Assembly (NCBI GenBank): GCA_951406725.2
Contig: OX597822.1
Coordinates: 78,616,001-78,680,000 of the forward strand
Direction: 5' to 3'
Length of the DNA stretch: 64,000 nt
From: Octopus vulgaris
Taxonomy: Eukaryota
Under the pieces are notes generated by a model. It worked only from the letters and a program-made list of their open reading frames with translations, was not told the DNA's origin and searched no databases. This document shows, piece by piece, positions 39,965 to 53,564 of this stretch. The position numbers and the translations under genes were made by a program. Every line of letters begins with the position of its first letter. Within the stretch, counting starts at the first letter, position 1.

Positions 39965-41449
39965 AACATGTAATATAGGCCCAACTTTGCAACAAAGACC
40001 CAGTGTGAATTTTCGAGACATTGTTTTTTTTAAAAAAAAGGACATTTTATACACCATCAAATATGGTAATTTATCTAAAATATTATTTTATATAACCATT
40101 TAAAAAAATAAAAACAACTGGGTGTAATTCGAGGGAAATTTAGCTGCTATTTCTAGCAAGTTTACTGACCTCATAAACATTTCCTCAATGGCTCATGTAA
40201 TTGTTTTGAAATACATAGATGTTATTGGTGAACACCCTGAAAATGCTCTAGGCCTTCTTAACCTTAAATTTTACCATGCTGTACAAAATTTAACCTAGTT
40301 TAACGCATTACTAACTCACTTCTCCTTGCTTCTTAGCATACCATATTATATCATCAAATCATTATATATAATGTTCTTATAGCTTTTTTTCAGCTTTGTT
40401 CTAACAAATCTGTGTTTAAGTAATCAGCCCTTTTTTATTCTTATTCAATATGAAACTTAACAGCTTTCATACTGAGACCTTCATAGAAATAAACACAAGT
40501 ACACCTGCCTATTTCCTTCGTCACCTTGTTTGGTCTTTTGTCTCTAAGCTCTGAAGTCTTGGGATTATAATATTTCACACTATTAGACTTATGTTTGAGA
40601 GATAAAACCTTTTCTTTTATATTAAGGATTAGTTTGGTCTTTGGTTGCCATCATGTGTTTTTGTGAGTGATTATAATAAACAAAGTCTCTCTCTCCATAT
40701 ACACACACACACACCATATGTGCAGGCATGAGTGTGTACTACCCAAGCATGTGGTCCCAGGTTCAGTCCCACCAAGAGGCACCTAGAAAGGTGGCAAACT
40801 GGCAGAAACGTTAGCATGCTGGTCAAAATGCTTAGTTCTGAGTTCAAATTCTGCCGAGGTCAACTTTACCTTTCGTTTTTTCGGGGTTGATTAAATAAGT
40901 ACCAGTTACGCACTGGGGTCAATATAATCGACTTAATCCGTTTGTCTGTCCTTGTTTGTCCCCTCTGTGTGTAGCCCCTTGTGAGCAGTAAAAAATAAAT
41001 AAGAAGAAGCACCTTGGCCAAGTGCCTTCTGCTATAACCTCTGGGGTTGGTCAAAGCCTTGTGAGAGGACTTGACAGAGAGAAATAGAAAGAAGCTTGTC
41101 ATAGATAGATAGATAGATAGATAGATAGGTCAGTAGATTGTGTCTGCCTTTGTCTTGACATCACTTGATGGTTGTAAAAAGAAGCATCACCCACATGCAA
41201 TCAAAGATAACTATTTCCAGTCTTCCATGGAAAACACGTCGCTATGAGAAAACATTTACTTGCTTGGAAACAGGTGAGAGTTGGTGACAGTAAGGGCACC
41301 CAACCATAGGTTATCTACCTCAACAAATTCTGTCTAACCCATTCAGGCATGGAAAACTGGATGTTAATTGATGCTGATAATTTACGTATGTATAACCATG
41401 TTACATGTATACTTTAAACCCACAAATATTTTTTGTCTTTTACTTTCAG

Positions 41450-42013
41450 GTTACCGATTCTTCAAGGCTGTCATGTTCTTAACTGGTTTCATCTTTGGCA
41501 CAGTGGTTGTATATATAGTTTGTATAGAAGAGACAGTATTGCCGAAAGAAGCAAACATTGGCATTGCAGTGGGTGCCGGCATAATCTGCGGACTAATTAC
41601 CATGTTGGTCCAGTATGTTGGACTTTTTCTGACCGGATTCCACTTTGGCGTCGGTCTCTCGACCGGAGTGTTGGTCACAGTGGACCAGTTCTATAACATT
41701 GCCAACAAATGGATACCAATCGGTGTTCTCATTGGTGTTGGTATTTTATTTGCGCTGCTGACTCTCAAGTTCCAAAAGGCAGGCACCATTCTCGGTACAA
41801 GCGTCTTTGGTGCTGCCTTGATGGCGATTTGCCTGGACTATTTTATAGAAAAATTCCTGATCGTGAACTATGTGTGGGAGTGTATCAAAGTGGAGGATTC
41901 TGACCCTCCCTGTTGGTACAGCTGGCTGATTCTCGGTTGCTGGCCTTTCTGTTTCCTTGTAGGCTCCTTGACCCAGTGGAGAATAACAGGACAGAGCGCA
42001 GACCATCACGAAA
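41450..42013 (+). CDS. TMEM198: TMEM198 coding exon 2 (DUF4203-type multi-pass TM region)
   Basis: Acceptor tttcAG|GT completes Gly, giving GYRFFKAVMFLTG...VGLFLTG...DYFIE...CWYSWLILGCWP...QWRITG..DHHE. 564 nt, phase 1 to phase 1; donor A|GTAAGT at 42014. Confidence 0.96.
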
Positions 42014-42845
42014 GTAAGTAATTTTTAAGACATGTGTGTGCCTGTAAATGTATGTCTGTGCACTTGTCTGTATGTTTTTGTGTGTATGTGAGTGCTTGTA
42101 CCTTTGTGTGCGTATGCGTGTATCTGATATAACTAACAGTTGTAGGGTGTTAACCAAGGAGTTAATCTAATTTTATGGAAGAGAGTATATCTACACACAA
42201 ACTACCACATCACAGAATTAATGAGGGGACTCTGCATGGTTGCTTTATTTTGCTAGAAGTACAAGTAAATCCCCTTCAAATCATATATCATAAAAGAAGA
42301 GCAATTTGAATAATATAGTTATAGTAGACTGTCTGAAAATTAGAATGGATGGTCATAGGTGGAAAGCCTTTAACCAAACATTTTCTTGATCAGGGCTAAA
42401 CAACATACACATACACACAAAATACATTTATGCACATTCATGCTAACACACACACACGTACACAAAGACACGCTTATGCACAACCCAGCTAAATATCAAT
42501 TTACTGTAAACCACCCCTTCACTCCATGTCAGAATGGAAGAATGAACGTTAAAATGATGATGGTCATGTAATTAGGAGTGAAGGGCCTCAATTAGAAGCT
42601 TCTATCAATATTTATATAAGAGATAATTAATGCTAAGTTATGAAGCCTTTTACTCCAACCAAGCAAAAAATAAGTTACTTGGTTTACTAAATCCCTCAAA
42701 ATTTTAGTTTTAAAAATTCTTTAAAAGACAATGGAAAATTTGTGGGAGGGAATAAATCGTGTACTCTGGCCCTAGTGCTCAACTGGTCCTTATTTCTTGA
42801 ATTCAAACCTTAAAGACGGATGAAATAACACTAAGCATTTTGTCT

Positions 42846-42969
42846 CAGGGCTGTGGAGTCAAAACTCCTCTACTATTGGCACCTCCGACTCCTCTTCATG
42901 TAATTAAGTGATAAGAATAAAGATACTGCAAGTCAGAGTCAGAATAGTTTTACTGACTCCACAGCCCTG
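42846..42969. mobile_element. hAT-type MITE with perfect 15-bp TIRs
   Basis: cagggctgtggagtc / gactccacagccctg, with 8-bp TSD ttttgtct/ttttatct. Inserted into a SINE. Confidence 0.8.
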
Positions 42970-44039
42970 TTTTATCTAGTGTATTAACAACTGCCAGCTC
43001 AGTTAAAGAATGTATGTATTGGAAATGGTGAAGGTATGTGGCCTGGTGGTTAGGGTATTGCATTCATGGTTGCAAGATCATGGTTTCAATTCCTGAACTG
43101 GGCAGTGCATTGTGTTTTTGAGTAAGACACTTCATTTCACATTGTGACTGACTGGGCATCCCATCCAGGGGATATGTTATGATCTCAGTTGCTTATTCAC
43201 CATGGAAACTGGGTACCTAGGACCCAAGGCTTCATTGAGTTAAAAACACAAAATTGATGAAAGCATGTTGTCACAAAGACTCCTACATTTTGTTCTCTAA
43301 GACAGAAGGCATTGAATAAACCACCTAGCCTGATGTGGCTCTGTAGAGATCGGAAATCACATCCTTTCAGGTAGTGGATGCTTTTTACCTAATGTGTTCC
43401 TCTTTTTTTTTTAAGACAAAGTATGATCTGAAGTAGATTTGCTTGCTATTTCTAGCAAATTAAGTAACTGTTATAAAGGCTCTCTATGGAGGTTTGTAAT
43501 GCTGGCCTGAGTTGTTGTTTAACCCCATATCAATTTATCCAATGTTAGTTTTCTTTTAAGCTGTAGGGTGTGGTTTTATGAAGATTTGGTTGCTATTTCT
43601 TGTAGGTCAAAATAGTAGTCATTAACTTGAAATTTCTTTCAACTGAATTATTTTAATGTTTTACAACTTGTAGTCTGGCTATCTTTACAAGAAAAAGAAA
43701 GATATTTTCATTTTAAAAGCACACATGTGACTTCATACAAACCCCTCTTCACTGGGAAACAGATGTTTAAGATCATTATTAATAAAAGAATATGAGAAAA
43801 TAGAAAAACTATTAGTTCTAAATTTCTGAACAAGAAACATGCATCAACAGCACAATAGTGTAAAGTTTATTTGCCAACATAACATGGCAGTCCTATCAAC
43901 GCTGCATCGATAGCCAGCTGGAGAAGATATTTTCCTGGGGCTAAATAGCAGCAACATTCGTCCTAACCAGGACTGCCACATTACATTGGCAAATAAATTT
44001 TACAATATGATAAAAGAAATCCCAGCTCTTTACACTCCA

Positions 44040-44693
44040 AAATCCAAATACTGCTGATGTCAACTTAGCCTTTACACTTTTCCAAGATCAATAAAATAAA
44101 GCATAGGGATCAATTGAATCAACTACTCCCCCCCTTTCCACACACACACACACACACACACAACTCAAAACTGCTGGCCTTGTGCCTAAATTAGAAATAA
44201 TGCTATGATAATTAAGACAGTGGACTTGCAGAGTTGTTAGCATGCCAGACAAAATGTTAAGTGGCATTTCACCTATCTCTATGTTCTGAGTTCAAATTCT
44301 GCTGAGGTCAAGTACTGCGGTCAAAGTAATCGTTTTAACTCCACCTCTTAAAGAATTTCAGGCCTTGTGCCTATAGTAGAAAGGATTATTCAGGACATCA
44401 TCATCATCATCATCATAATGGTTAATTGTCTGAACTATTACTGTGCTGGACAAAATGCCTTGTATTATTTGTTTTTGTTCACTATGTCCTGGGGTCAGAT
44501 AAGTCAGTGAATTGCCAGAATTGTTAGACATTCAAGTATTGTTACAATCCCTATATGTTCTTAGTTCAAATCTCAGCAAAGTCAACTTCCCCTTTCATCT
44601 TTCCAAGGACAATCAAATACGTACAAGAACTGTACTTGGTATCATTACTTGTTTCCCTTTCCTCATATGTTTGACTCTGTACCTATATTATAA

Positions 44694-44728
<35 letters not shown>

Positions 44729-45460
44729 GAGGCAGCAAGCTGGCAGAATCGTTAGCACACTGGATAAAATGCTTAGTGGTATTTTGTCTGTCTTTATATT
44801 TTGAGTTCAAATTTCGTCTTTGCCTTTCATCCTTTTAGGGTCAATAAATTCAGTACTAGTCAAGTACTGGAGTTTATCTAATCAACTGGCCCCCTCCCAC
44901 CAAATTTCAGGCCTTGTGCCTATAGTAGAAAGAATTATTATTATTGTTATAAGGCAGTGAGCTGGCAGAAATGTTAGCATTTCTTAGCAGTGAAAATGCT
45001 TAGTAGTATTATGTCTATCTTTACATTCTGAGTTCAAATTCCACCGAGGTCCACTTTGCCTTTCATTCTTTTGGGGTCGATAAATTAAGTGCCAGTTGCG
45101 TACTGAGGTCGATCAAATCGACTGCCCCCTCCCCAAAAATTATGGGCCTTGTGCCTAGAGTAGAAAAGAAGATTATTGGAAAGCGGACGTTAAATGATGA
45201 TGATGATGATGATGATTATTATTGTTATTATTAAGGCAGTGAGCTGGTAGAGTCGTTAGCAGATTGGGCAGAATACTTAATGACATTTTCATTCATCTTT
45301 ACATTTTGAGTTCAAATTCTGCTAAGGTCTACTTTGCCTTTCATCTTTCCAGGGTCAATAAATTATGTACCAGTTACACACTGGGGTTGATGTAATCAAC
45401 TAGTAGCCTCCCCACAAATTTCAGGCCTTGTGTCTTTAATAGAAAGAATTATTATTATTA
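44040..45460 (+). mobile_element. Head-to-tail cluster of ~6 CpG-decayed Meta-domain-like SINEs separated by (ATT)n/(ATC)n
   Basis: Repeated ggcag..agctggcagaa..gttagc...gagttcaaatt...ggccttgtgcct..agtagaaa units at ~44215, 44500, 44730, 44952 and 45234. Confidence 0.8.
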
Positions 45461-45542
45461 TCTTGAGAGAGCAATGCATGCCATCAATGTGACATTGGGG
45501 TAAAATATATGAAACCCAGTATACCCATCATGACTACCCATC

Positions 45543-46955
45543 TGTTTTTAGGTTCTGTCCCACTGTGTGGAAACTTAGGCAAGGGTCTTCAATGAGAGCA
45601 CCAAGCCAACCAAAGCCTTGCAAGTGAAATTGATTGCTGGAAGCTAAAAGTAGCTGCTTTTCATATATCTATTGGATACATGCATCACAACCATATTTGC
45701 ACAACATGGTGATCTCCTATCAAGATAAACCATGCATGACCTTGCATGTGGCACCCAGTTAGAATTTTCTTCAGGTTGAGTAGCCCATCCTGCTCAAAAA
45801 GTCCCTAAATAAGGGTTGTTTAAGGATGTTGAACGAAACACCCATGTTTCCAAAAGTAAATTATCCAAACCCCAAAGAATTCTTCCCCCACTACTTCTGC
45901 TTATGATCAGAGATGCACATATCGTCAGCCACCAAGGGACATGCTCAGCTAGTTAAGGTCAAGCAACTGACAAGCAAATCTGTGTTATTGAGCAGAATAT
46001 TTGTTGTAGCCCATCTTTTATACCAAGACAAAACATGTACATGATAACTCTTCCAATCAGAGCCACTGCCTGGTACTGCATCAGGACATTATTATTATTA
46101 TTATTATTATTTTGTGTAACTAACATATGAAACCCAGGCAAGGCATAGGTATGACCATGTGGTTAATAAGTTTATTTTCCAACCACATGTTTTTAGGTTC
46201 TGTCCCACTGTGTGGAAACTTAGGCAAGGGTCTTCAATGAGAGCACCAAGCCAACCAAAGCCTTGCAAGTGAAATTGATTGCTGGAAGCTAAAAGTAGCT
46301 GCTTTTCATATATCTATTGGATACATGCATCACAACCATATTTGCACAACATGGTGATCTCCTATCAAGATAAACCATGCATGACCTTGCATGTGGCACC
46401 CAGTTAGAATTTTCTTCAGGTTGAGTAGCCCATCCTGCTCAAAAAGTCCCTAAATAAGGGTTGTTTAAGGATGTTGAACAAAACACCCATGTTTCCAAAA
46501 GTAAATTATCCAAACCCCAAAGAATTCTTCCCCCACTACTTCTGCTTATGATCAGAGATGCACATATCGTCAGCCACCAAGGGACATGCTCAGCTAGTTA
46601 AGGTCAAGCAACTGACAAGCAAATCTGTGTTATTGAGCAGAATATTTGTTGTAGCCCATCTTTTATACCAAGACAAAACATGTACATGATAACTCTTCCA
46701 ATCAGAGCCACTGCCTGGTACTGCATCAGGACATTATTATTATTATTATTATTATTTTGTGTAACTAACATATGAAACCCAGGCAAGGCATAGGTATGAC
46801 CATGTGGTTAATAAGTTTATTTTCCAACCACATGTTTTTAGGTTCTGTCCCACTGTGTGGAAACTTGGGCAAGGGTCTTCAATGAGAGCACCAAGCCAAC
46901 CAAAGTCTTGCAAGTGAAATTGATTGCTGGAAGCTAAAAGTAGCTGCCTTTCATA
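45543..46955 (+). repeat. 645-bp direct tandem duplication (2 full copies plus a ~120-bp third start)
   Basis: Units start at 45543, 46188 and 46833. The ORF track shows identical ORFs at 45959 and 46604. I see one difference between the full copies (gaacgaaaca vs gaacaaaaca). Confidence 0.95.
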
Positions 46956-49900
46956 TATATCTATATATGTGTGTATATAACTGTGCATTAGTGTGTAGGT
47001 GTTTGCATCTTCTGAATATCATGAGCTTGATGTAAATGAGTGTCATTCATTTCCAAACATCTGCAGAGAACATGTCTGCCCATGGGGAAGTATTACTTTG
47101 GAAACAGATGAGGGTTGGTGACAGGAAGAGCATCCAGCTGATGAAAAATCTGTCTCGGTAAATTGTCCAACCCATGCAAGCATGGAAAAGTGGTGTATGT
47201 GTGTGAGTGAATGAATTCATATCGTCTTCATCTTTACATGTGTTGGCTGGGTCTTACTGACGAGTCCATTTGGTTCTTGTTCTCAATGCAACCATGTCTG
47301 AACTGTTTGTTGGTCAATAGACTGGTAGGTTATTACTTTGCTTGGAAACAAATGAGGATTGGCATCAAGAATGGCATCTGACTATAGAAACCTCCACCCA
47401 AGAAAACCGTCCTCTGACCCATGCAAGCATGGAAAAGTAGACACTAAAATCATGATGATAACAATTTTCCTTCTTCAACAGACCGACACCATTTTTATAA
47501 TGGTGATGGTGGTAGTAGTAGTGGTGGTGGTAATACTGTTGTACTGCAGTAGCAGCAGCAGCATTGGTGGTGGTGGGAGGGAGGAAATTGGATTTGCCTA
47601 TTGTCCTGTCTCCTCCCACTATCACCCACAGCTGTTACTAAGATGCTCAATTGATATTCAATTTTACTTTATGTTCGGTTATTTATTAATGTTGAACAAA
47701 AAAAAAACGCCAGCTGACTCTTCGTGTGTGTGTGTAATTACGTATACATGCATATGAATGCCTACCCTGCCTTTTCAACAATATCCTCTCCATCGTGCCC
47801 CCCCCCCCCCCGACACCCCCCTATGATATTGCACAACACTGGCACACAACATTCATAACAGACAAATAAATATGGTGTCCTCTACATGATTGTTAGACCT
47901 GCTAGAAATAGCACCCAGAGCGCCCTCAAAAGTCATCATTGTGGTTTAAAATAAAATGGAAGAAATACATTGGCTAATGTAGTTTTCAGAGTGCAACAAG
48001 ACTGGATGGTCACGATTTGGACTGCCTCAAAAATTTAGAAAAGGTTGTATGCTAACTATGTGAAGCAGTTGTATGGTAGTCATTTGATGTACTAGACATA
48101 GCAGTCAGATATCATTTAAACCCCACCCTACAGTTTTAGATAAAGAAGGTTACATTAGACAATGGAGATAGAGCCTGATATACAATAAGAAGATTTGGTC
48201 TCAACTAAATAACAAAGAAGTACATAGTGGATAATGTACTCTTAGATAGACTATGCCTTAAGAAAAAGTACACCAGATGGAATGTCTGTAATCAGAATCA
48301 ACTGAAGGAGAGCTGACCTGGGGTAAAGCTGTTTCTAGTTTTGCACCTTCTGTTGAGACCTTTAAATGCAGGGTTGTGGAGTCAAAACAAAAAACTTTGC
48401 CTACACATGCAAACTACATAATCTTCATCATCATCATTTTTTTAATGTTCACTTTTCACGCTTGCATGGGTCAGATGTAATTTATTGAGGCAGATTTTCT
48501 ATGGCTAAAGGTTCTTTTCTATCACCAACCCTCACTTGTTTCAAAACACGCTCATTTACAACTACCACATGACATCAACTCAAGATGACACAAACATACC
48601 CACATACACTCACACACACACATTTCCATTTACCAAATCCACTCAAAAGGATTTGGTTGGCCTGCAGATATGATAGAAGACACTTGCCCAAAGTGCCACA
48701 CAGCAGGGCTGAACCCAAAACCTTGTGATTGAAAGCAAACTTCGTAGCCATGCCTGCACCTTTTTATTGAAACATATGAGGCAATTAAACTTGTTCCCTA
48801 GAACTCCTCAGCATTAACCACCTTTTTGATTGAAACCAACACATCTGAGAATTCTTCTTTTTCATTACATACATGATTATAGTGATACCTCACAGTACGA
48901 GTTTAATTCATTCCATGACCGAGCTTGTCTTACTATTTATTCATTTTACAAATCAATTTACCCCATTGAATTTAACTAAAATATTAATCCATTCCAGCCC
49001 CGCAAAACCACTCAAAAATAATTTTTTATGGATTTTAAAACAGAAAAGGTGTAATTACAAGTAAAGTGACAATTATAGAAAAAAGAATACAAAAGTGGTT
49101 TTATTAACTGAATCACCTTAAAGATGGAATGTACTGTGTGCTCATACTATGGATTTCTGCTCATACTTCGAGACAAAAATTTGCACGTCTTGGCTTGTAC
49201 AGCAAAATTACTTGTACAATGGGGCACTCATAGTTTGAGTTTCTACTGTATTGTTCAAAATGAACTTAACCATTTGGCTATGCTGCCTTGCCTATAACAG
49301 CAAGCTGCTAATTGCACCAATTGACCTCAAAGTGAGGTTAAGGTCCTTATTCTTATGTGCATAACCTCAATCAGCTCTACATGAATGACATAGTTCTAGG
49401 GTGCACACTCACAGACATACCAAATATTTAGGAACAATCCAATGTATTTTGGGATCCTAGCACACTTCTAACAGATAACGTTTATAGGCACAGGCATAAC
49501 TGCATGATCAGGAGGCCTGTTTCCCAACCATGTGGTCTTGTGTTTAGTCCCACTACATGGAACCTTGGCCAAGTGTCTTCTATTATAACCTTGGGCCAAT
49601 CAAAGTCTTGTGTGTGGATTTGGTGGAAGAAAACTCAAAGAAGCTCATCATTATATGTGTGTGTGGGGGGGTATATTTGTTTTTGCCCCTACCACTGTTA
49701 GACAAACAATGTTGGTTTGTTTATGTTCCTGTAACTTAGCAGTTCAGCAAAAGAGACTAATTGAATAAATACCAATCTCAGTTCATTCAACTAAAACCCT
49801 TCAAGGTGTTGCTCCAGCATGGCTGCAGTCAAATGACTGAAACAAATAAAAAATAAAAGGCTATAGTAGAAGACACTTGCCCCCCAAGGTGACATGCAGT

Positions 49901-51953
49901 GGGACTGAACACAGAACCATGTGGTTGGGAAGCAAGCTACTTACCATGCAATGGGTGAGGAAGGGCATCCTTTCATGGAAAATCTGCCTCAACAAATTCT
50001 ATCTGACCCATTCGGGCATGGAAAGGTGGATGTTACATGATAAATACTATAAAAAAAACATCTGTTTAGCCGTGGCTGTTTTAGCTACTTTAAAGATTAA
50101 CAGCTCTGCCTGTTACAAGTTCTGTCAGGATGTTTTTAAGTGCAGCTGACCCTGTTAGAGTCTCTGACATCTCCACCCCGACCCACTACTCTCTTCACTC
50201 ACAAGGGTTTTTTTTTCTCCCTTTTTTGCATCTATTGATTGTTAGATATTCACAGGCTTCGTATAAGATACATCAGTCCCATTCATCTTGGTGGGTCTGA
50301 ACAGGTCATGGAATATTTCCACTCCTTTCTTTCCAGCCGATTTGTGAAATTACAGCCCAACCCTAACACTTGGTCAGCTGGTGCAGTTAGTGGTAGTTCG
50401 CTGTTGTAGGTAGCATGGCTGGATGATTAAGAAGTTTAGTTTGCAATCATAAGATCTCAGGTTCAATCTCAACGTATGGTGTCTTGGACAAGTGTTGTTT
50501 TTACAATAACCTTGGATCAACCCGAACCTTCTGAGTGAAATTGGGAAGATGGAAACTGTAAGGAAGCTCATCTGATGGATTGTACCTGTAATTCAAAAGA
50601 TCCAGCTTTGTCACATACAGTATGACAATGATTCTGCTTGAGGATTACAGGTTGTCATCAACTTATGACCACAATTGGTTTCGACTGACTGGTCATAAGT
50701 CGGCCTATAGACCTATACATAGCTTTGTTTTATATTTTTACATTGTTAAGGTACATTTTCAAGTAAAAGTCACACACAGCATTCTGTATTATACTATTAT
50801 ACTGGTGTTAGACAAAAATTTCAGAGTTTCAAACAGTCATCTTATAAACAAATATGAGGTTACCTCAACGTCTCTGTGACAGGATATTCATCCAACACTT
50901 GGGATAACCACAGTGGCAATTGATAACCAAACCTAGAGGAAGTGTTTGTTAGCTGACATCATCCGTAGACAGGTTAATTTCTAAGAAATTAGACTCATTA
51001 GATTTCAACTGGTCTATTTATTATTGCTGATGGAAACTGGCACACCAATCATCATAAAGTTGATTGGTCGTAAGTCAATGATGACCTGTACTTCCTTTAA
51101 AGGTTTATATGCTAACTCGTTGAGCAGTAGCAGTTCAGTTGACCAAACAATTAAATTCTAGCAGAGAACCCCCTACCACCACATTTTTGTGCATACAATA
51201 GTTGCAGATGTGGCTGGGTGGTTAAGAAGCTTGTTTCCCATCCATGTACTTTTGGGTTCAGTCCTGCTGCAATGGCTCCTTGAGCAAATGTCTTCTACTA
51301 TAGCCTTGGGCTAGCCACAGCTTTGTGGAGTGGATTTGTTACACAGATACGGATGATGATGATATATTGAACAGGTTTCTTTCAGTTTCCATCTACCAAA
51401 TCCACTCCACAAAGCTTTGGTCTGCTCAAGTTGTAGTAGAGCATACTTGCCCAAAATGCCCCTTCTGAGGAGTGACCCCAAAGCCCACATGGTTGGAAAA
51501 CAGATTTCTTTCTTTCACTCTCTCTCTCTTATATATTATATCTACATATATATATATTACGTATAAGAGTGTGTGTGTGTGATAAGTAGCTTGCTTACCA
51601 ACCACATGGTTCGGGTTCAGTCCCACTGCGTGACACCTTGGGCAAGTGTCTTCTACTATAGCTTCGGACCGACCAAAATCTTGAGCGTGAATTTGATGGA
51701 TGGAAACTGAAAGAAGCCCATCGTATATGTGTGTGTATGTTTGTCCCCACCACCACCATCGCTTGATAACTGATGTTGGTGTGTTTGCTTCCCCGTAACT
51801 TAGTGGTTCAGCAAAACAGACCGATAGGATAAGTACTAGGCATACGAAGAATAAGTCCTGCGGCCGATTTGTTCGATTAAATGTGGTGCTCCAGCATGGC
51901 TGCAGTCAAATGACTAAAACTAATAAAAGAGTATATATACACACAACACACAC

Positions 51954-52006
<53 letters not shown>

Positions 52007-52870
52007 ATAAAATGTGTACTTACATATAAGAGAACAAAGTGCATGTACACCGCTAAAGTGGACATTAAACAAAAAACGAACGATATATATCTAGCTTAGC
52101 CTCACTCCAGTCCCAATTGAGCTGATCTCATTTATTCCAACTCTGACTACCTCAACCTTTTCTGATGCTGATGGGGGCATGGTGCACCTAGGATCACATC
52201 ATTTAATGTGCCTTTTACAAAGAGACTTGATTTTAAAGGAGAGTTGATTACTGTTTCTAGCAGATCAAGCAACCGCATAGACTCTTTCATACGTTAAGTG
52301 GGAATGTGTATAGGAAGGAATGTCTCCTGAAAAGCATCAGAGGTTCAACTGATTGTAATGTCTTGTAAAACACAAAAATAAGATAAATAACAGTCTGGAA
52401 GATATTAATTTATCAAATTTCTTTTTTTAAGTAATTAGTGTCTCATTAATGATTTAAAATTTTAAATGGCAGTATAAGAAATAGAAATTCATAATGGTGA
52501 AATGTTAACAATGTGTGTGTTTAGTAATGACATAATGAACCTCCTGAGAGGCAACACAATCTGTTTCAATACACAAATTCACATCAAGAACTTTGCAAAC
52601 CAATTCCAAAAAGTGTTGAATAAGAGAGAAAAGTTTCTGAGTGAATTTAAAGATGTAATGGCAGGGATGCTCGTTAACGAAAATAGAGTTTTGGTATTTG
52701 AAGGGTTAATTGAAAGCATTTGTTAATGAGTGAGTTGTTCAAAATGTTGGCTTTGCAGAATGTTGTTGGATTGCGAGAAAAAAATGAATTCTATGAGTAA
52801 CTGTATTTTCACTTTTTTTTCTAAATTTTTGTTATTTGTGTAAGTATTATTGCATTTCTTTACTCTTTAG

Positions 52871-52933
52871 GAGTACATAGAAATAATGTCTCATCTGCCA
52901 AATATCGGTCTCCGAGCTCTGATGAAGTTGATG
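52871..52933 (+). CDS. TMEM198: Candidate 63-nt symmetric (phase 1-1) TMEM198 exon: (R)VHRNNVSSAKYRSPSSDEVD(G)
   Basis: tgcatttctttactctttAG acceptor and G|GTAAGA donor. It is open in the phase set by exon 2 and is a higher-complexity island in an AT-rich intron. Confidence 0.65.
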
Positions 52934-53034
52934 GTAAGACTTTGGTTTGATTGCATCACATGTGTTTATCCTAGTAGCATGATGCATGCAACCTCAATTA
53001 TATATATACATACATACATACATTCATGTATGTA

Positions 53035-53079
<45 letters not shown>

Positions 53080-53333
53080 CCTTTTCCTCCAAAATCCTTT
53101 GTGCCTCTGTTGATGATGTAATTGTAGCTTATTTTCCTGCTTCTGTTGTGACAATTTGAATGTTTTTAATGTAAATATTTTCTCTTCGTTTTCCATCCTT
53201 TATGATTTATTTAACTCTTTTTTTTTGTGCAGCTTTGTGTGTTAAACGATTCTATTCATAAATTTTCGAGGAGTAGCTTAGTGTTTTATGTAAATGAGTG
53301 TGGTGAGTGAACCACATCCAGGTTTATCTGTCT

Positions 53334-53564
53334 CAGTGGTTCTCAACAATTTTTGCCTATGGACCCCTTTGATTCTTATTTTATTGAAGTGGGCCCCCCA
53401 TAGTCACTTGACACTTTGAAAAATCCTGTTATATTTTCATAATTTAATATTAGGAATTGTATAAAGAAAAATTAAATTATTTCGCATATTGTAGAAGTAT
53501 AATAAGTTTATTGCTCATAAATTTTAACAATAAAATCTTACATGGACCCGGCTGAGAACCACTG
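53334..53564. mobile_element. hAT-type MITE
   Basis: TIRs cagtggttctca / tgagaaccactg; an inverted sibling lies at 53944-54192. Confidence 0.7.

Noticed and set aside
41368-41449. N-terminal extension MMLIIYVC... of the 217-aa ORF
   Set aside because: Intronic; TMEM198 similarity starts at the acceptor (41450) and continues from exon 36223-36427.
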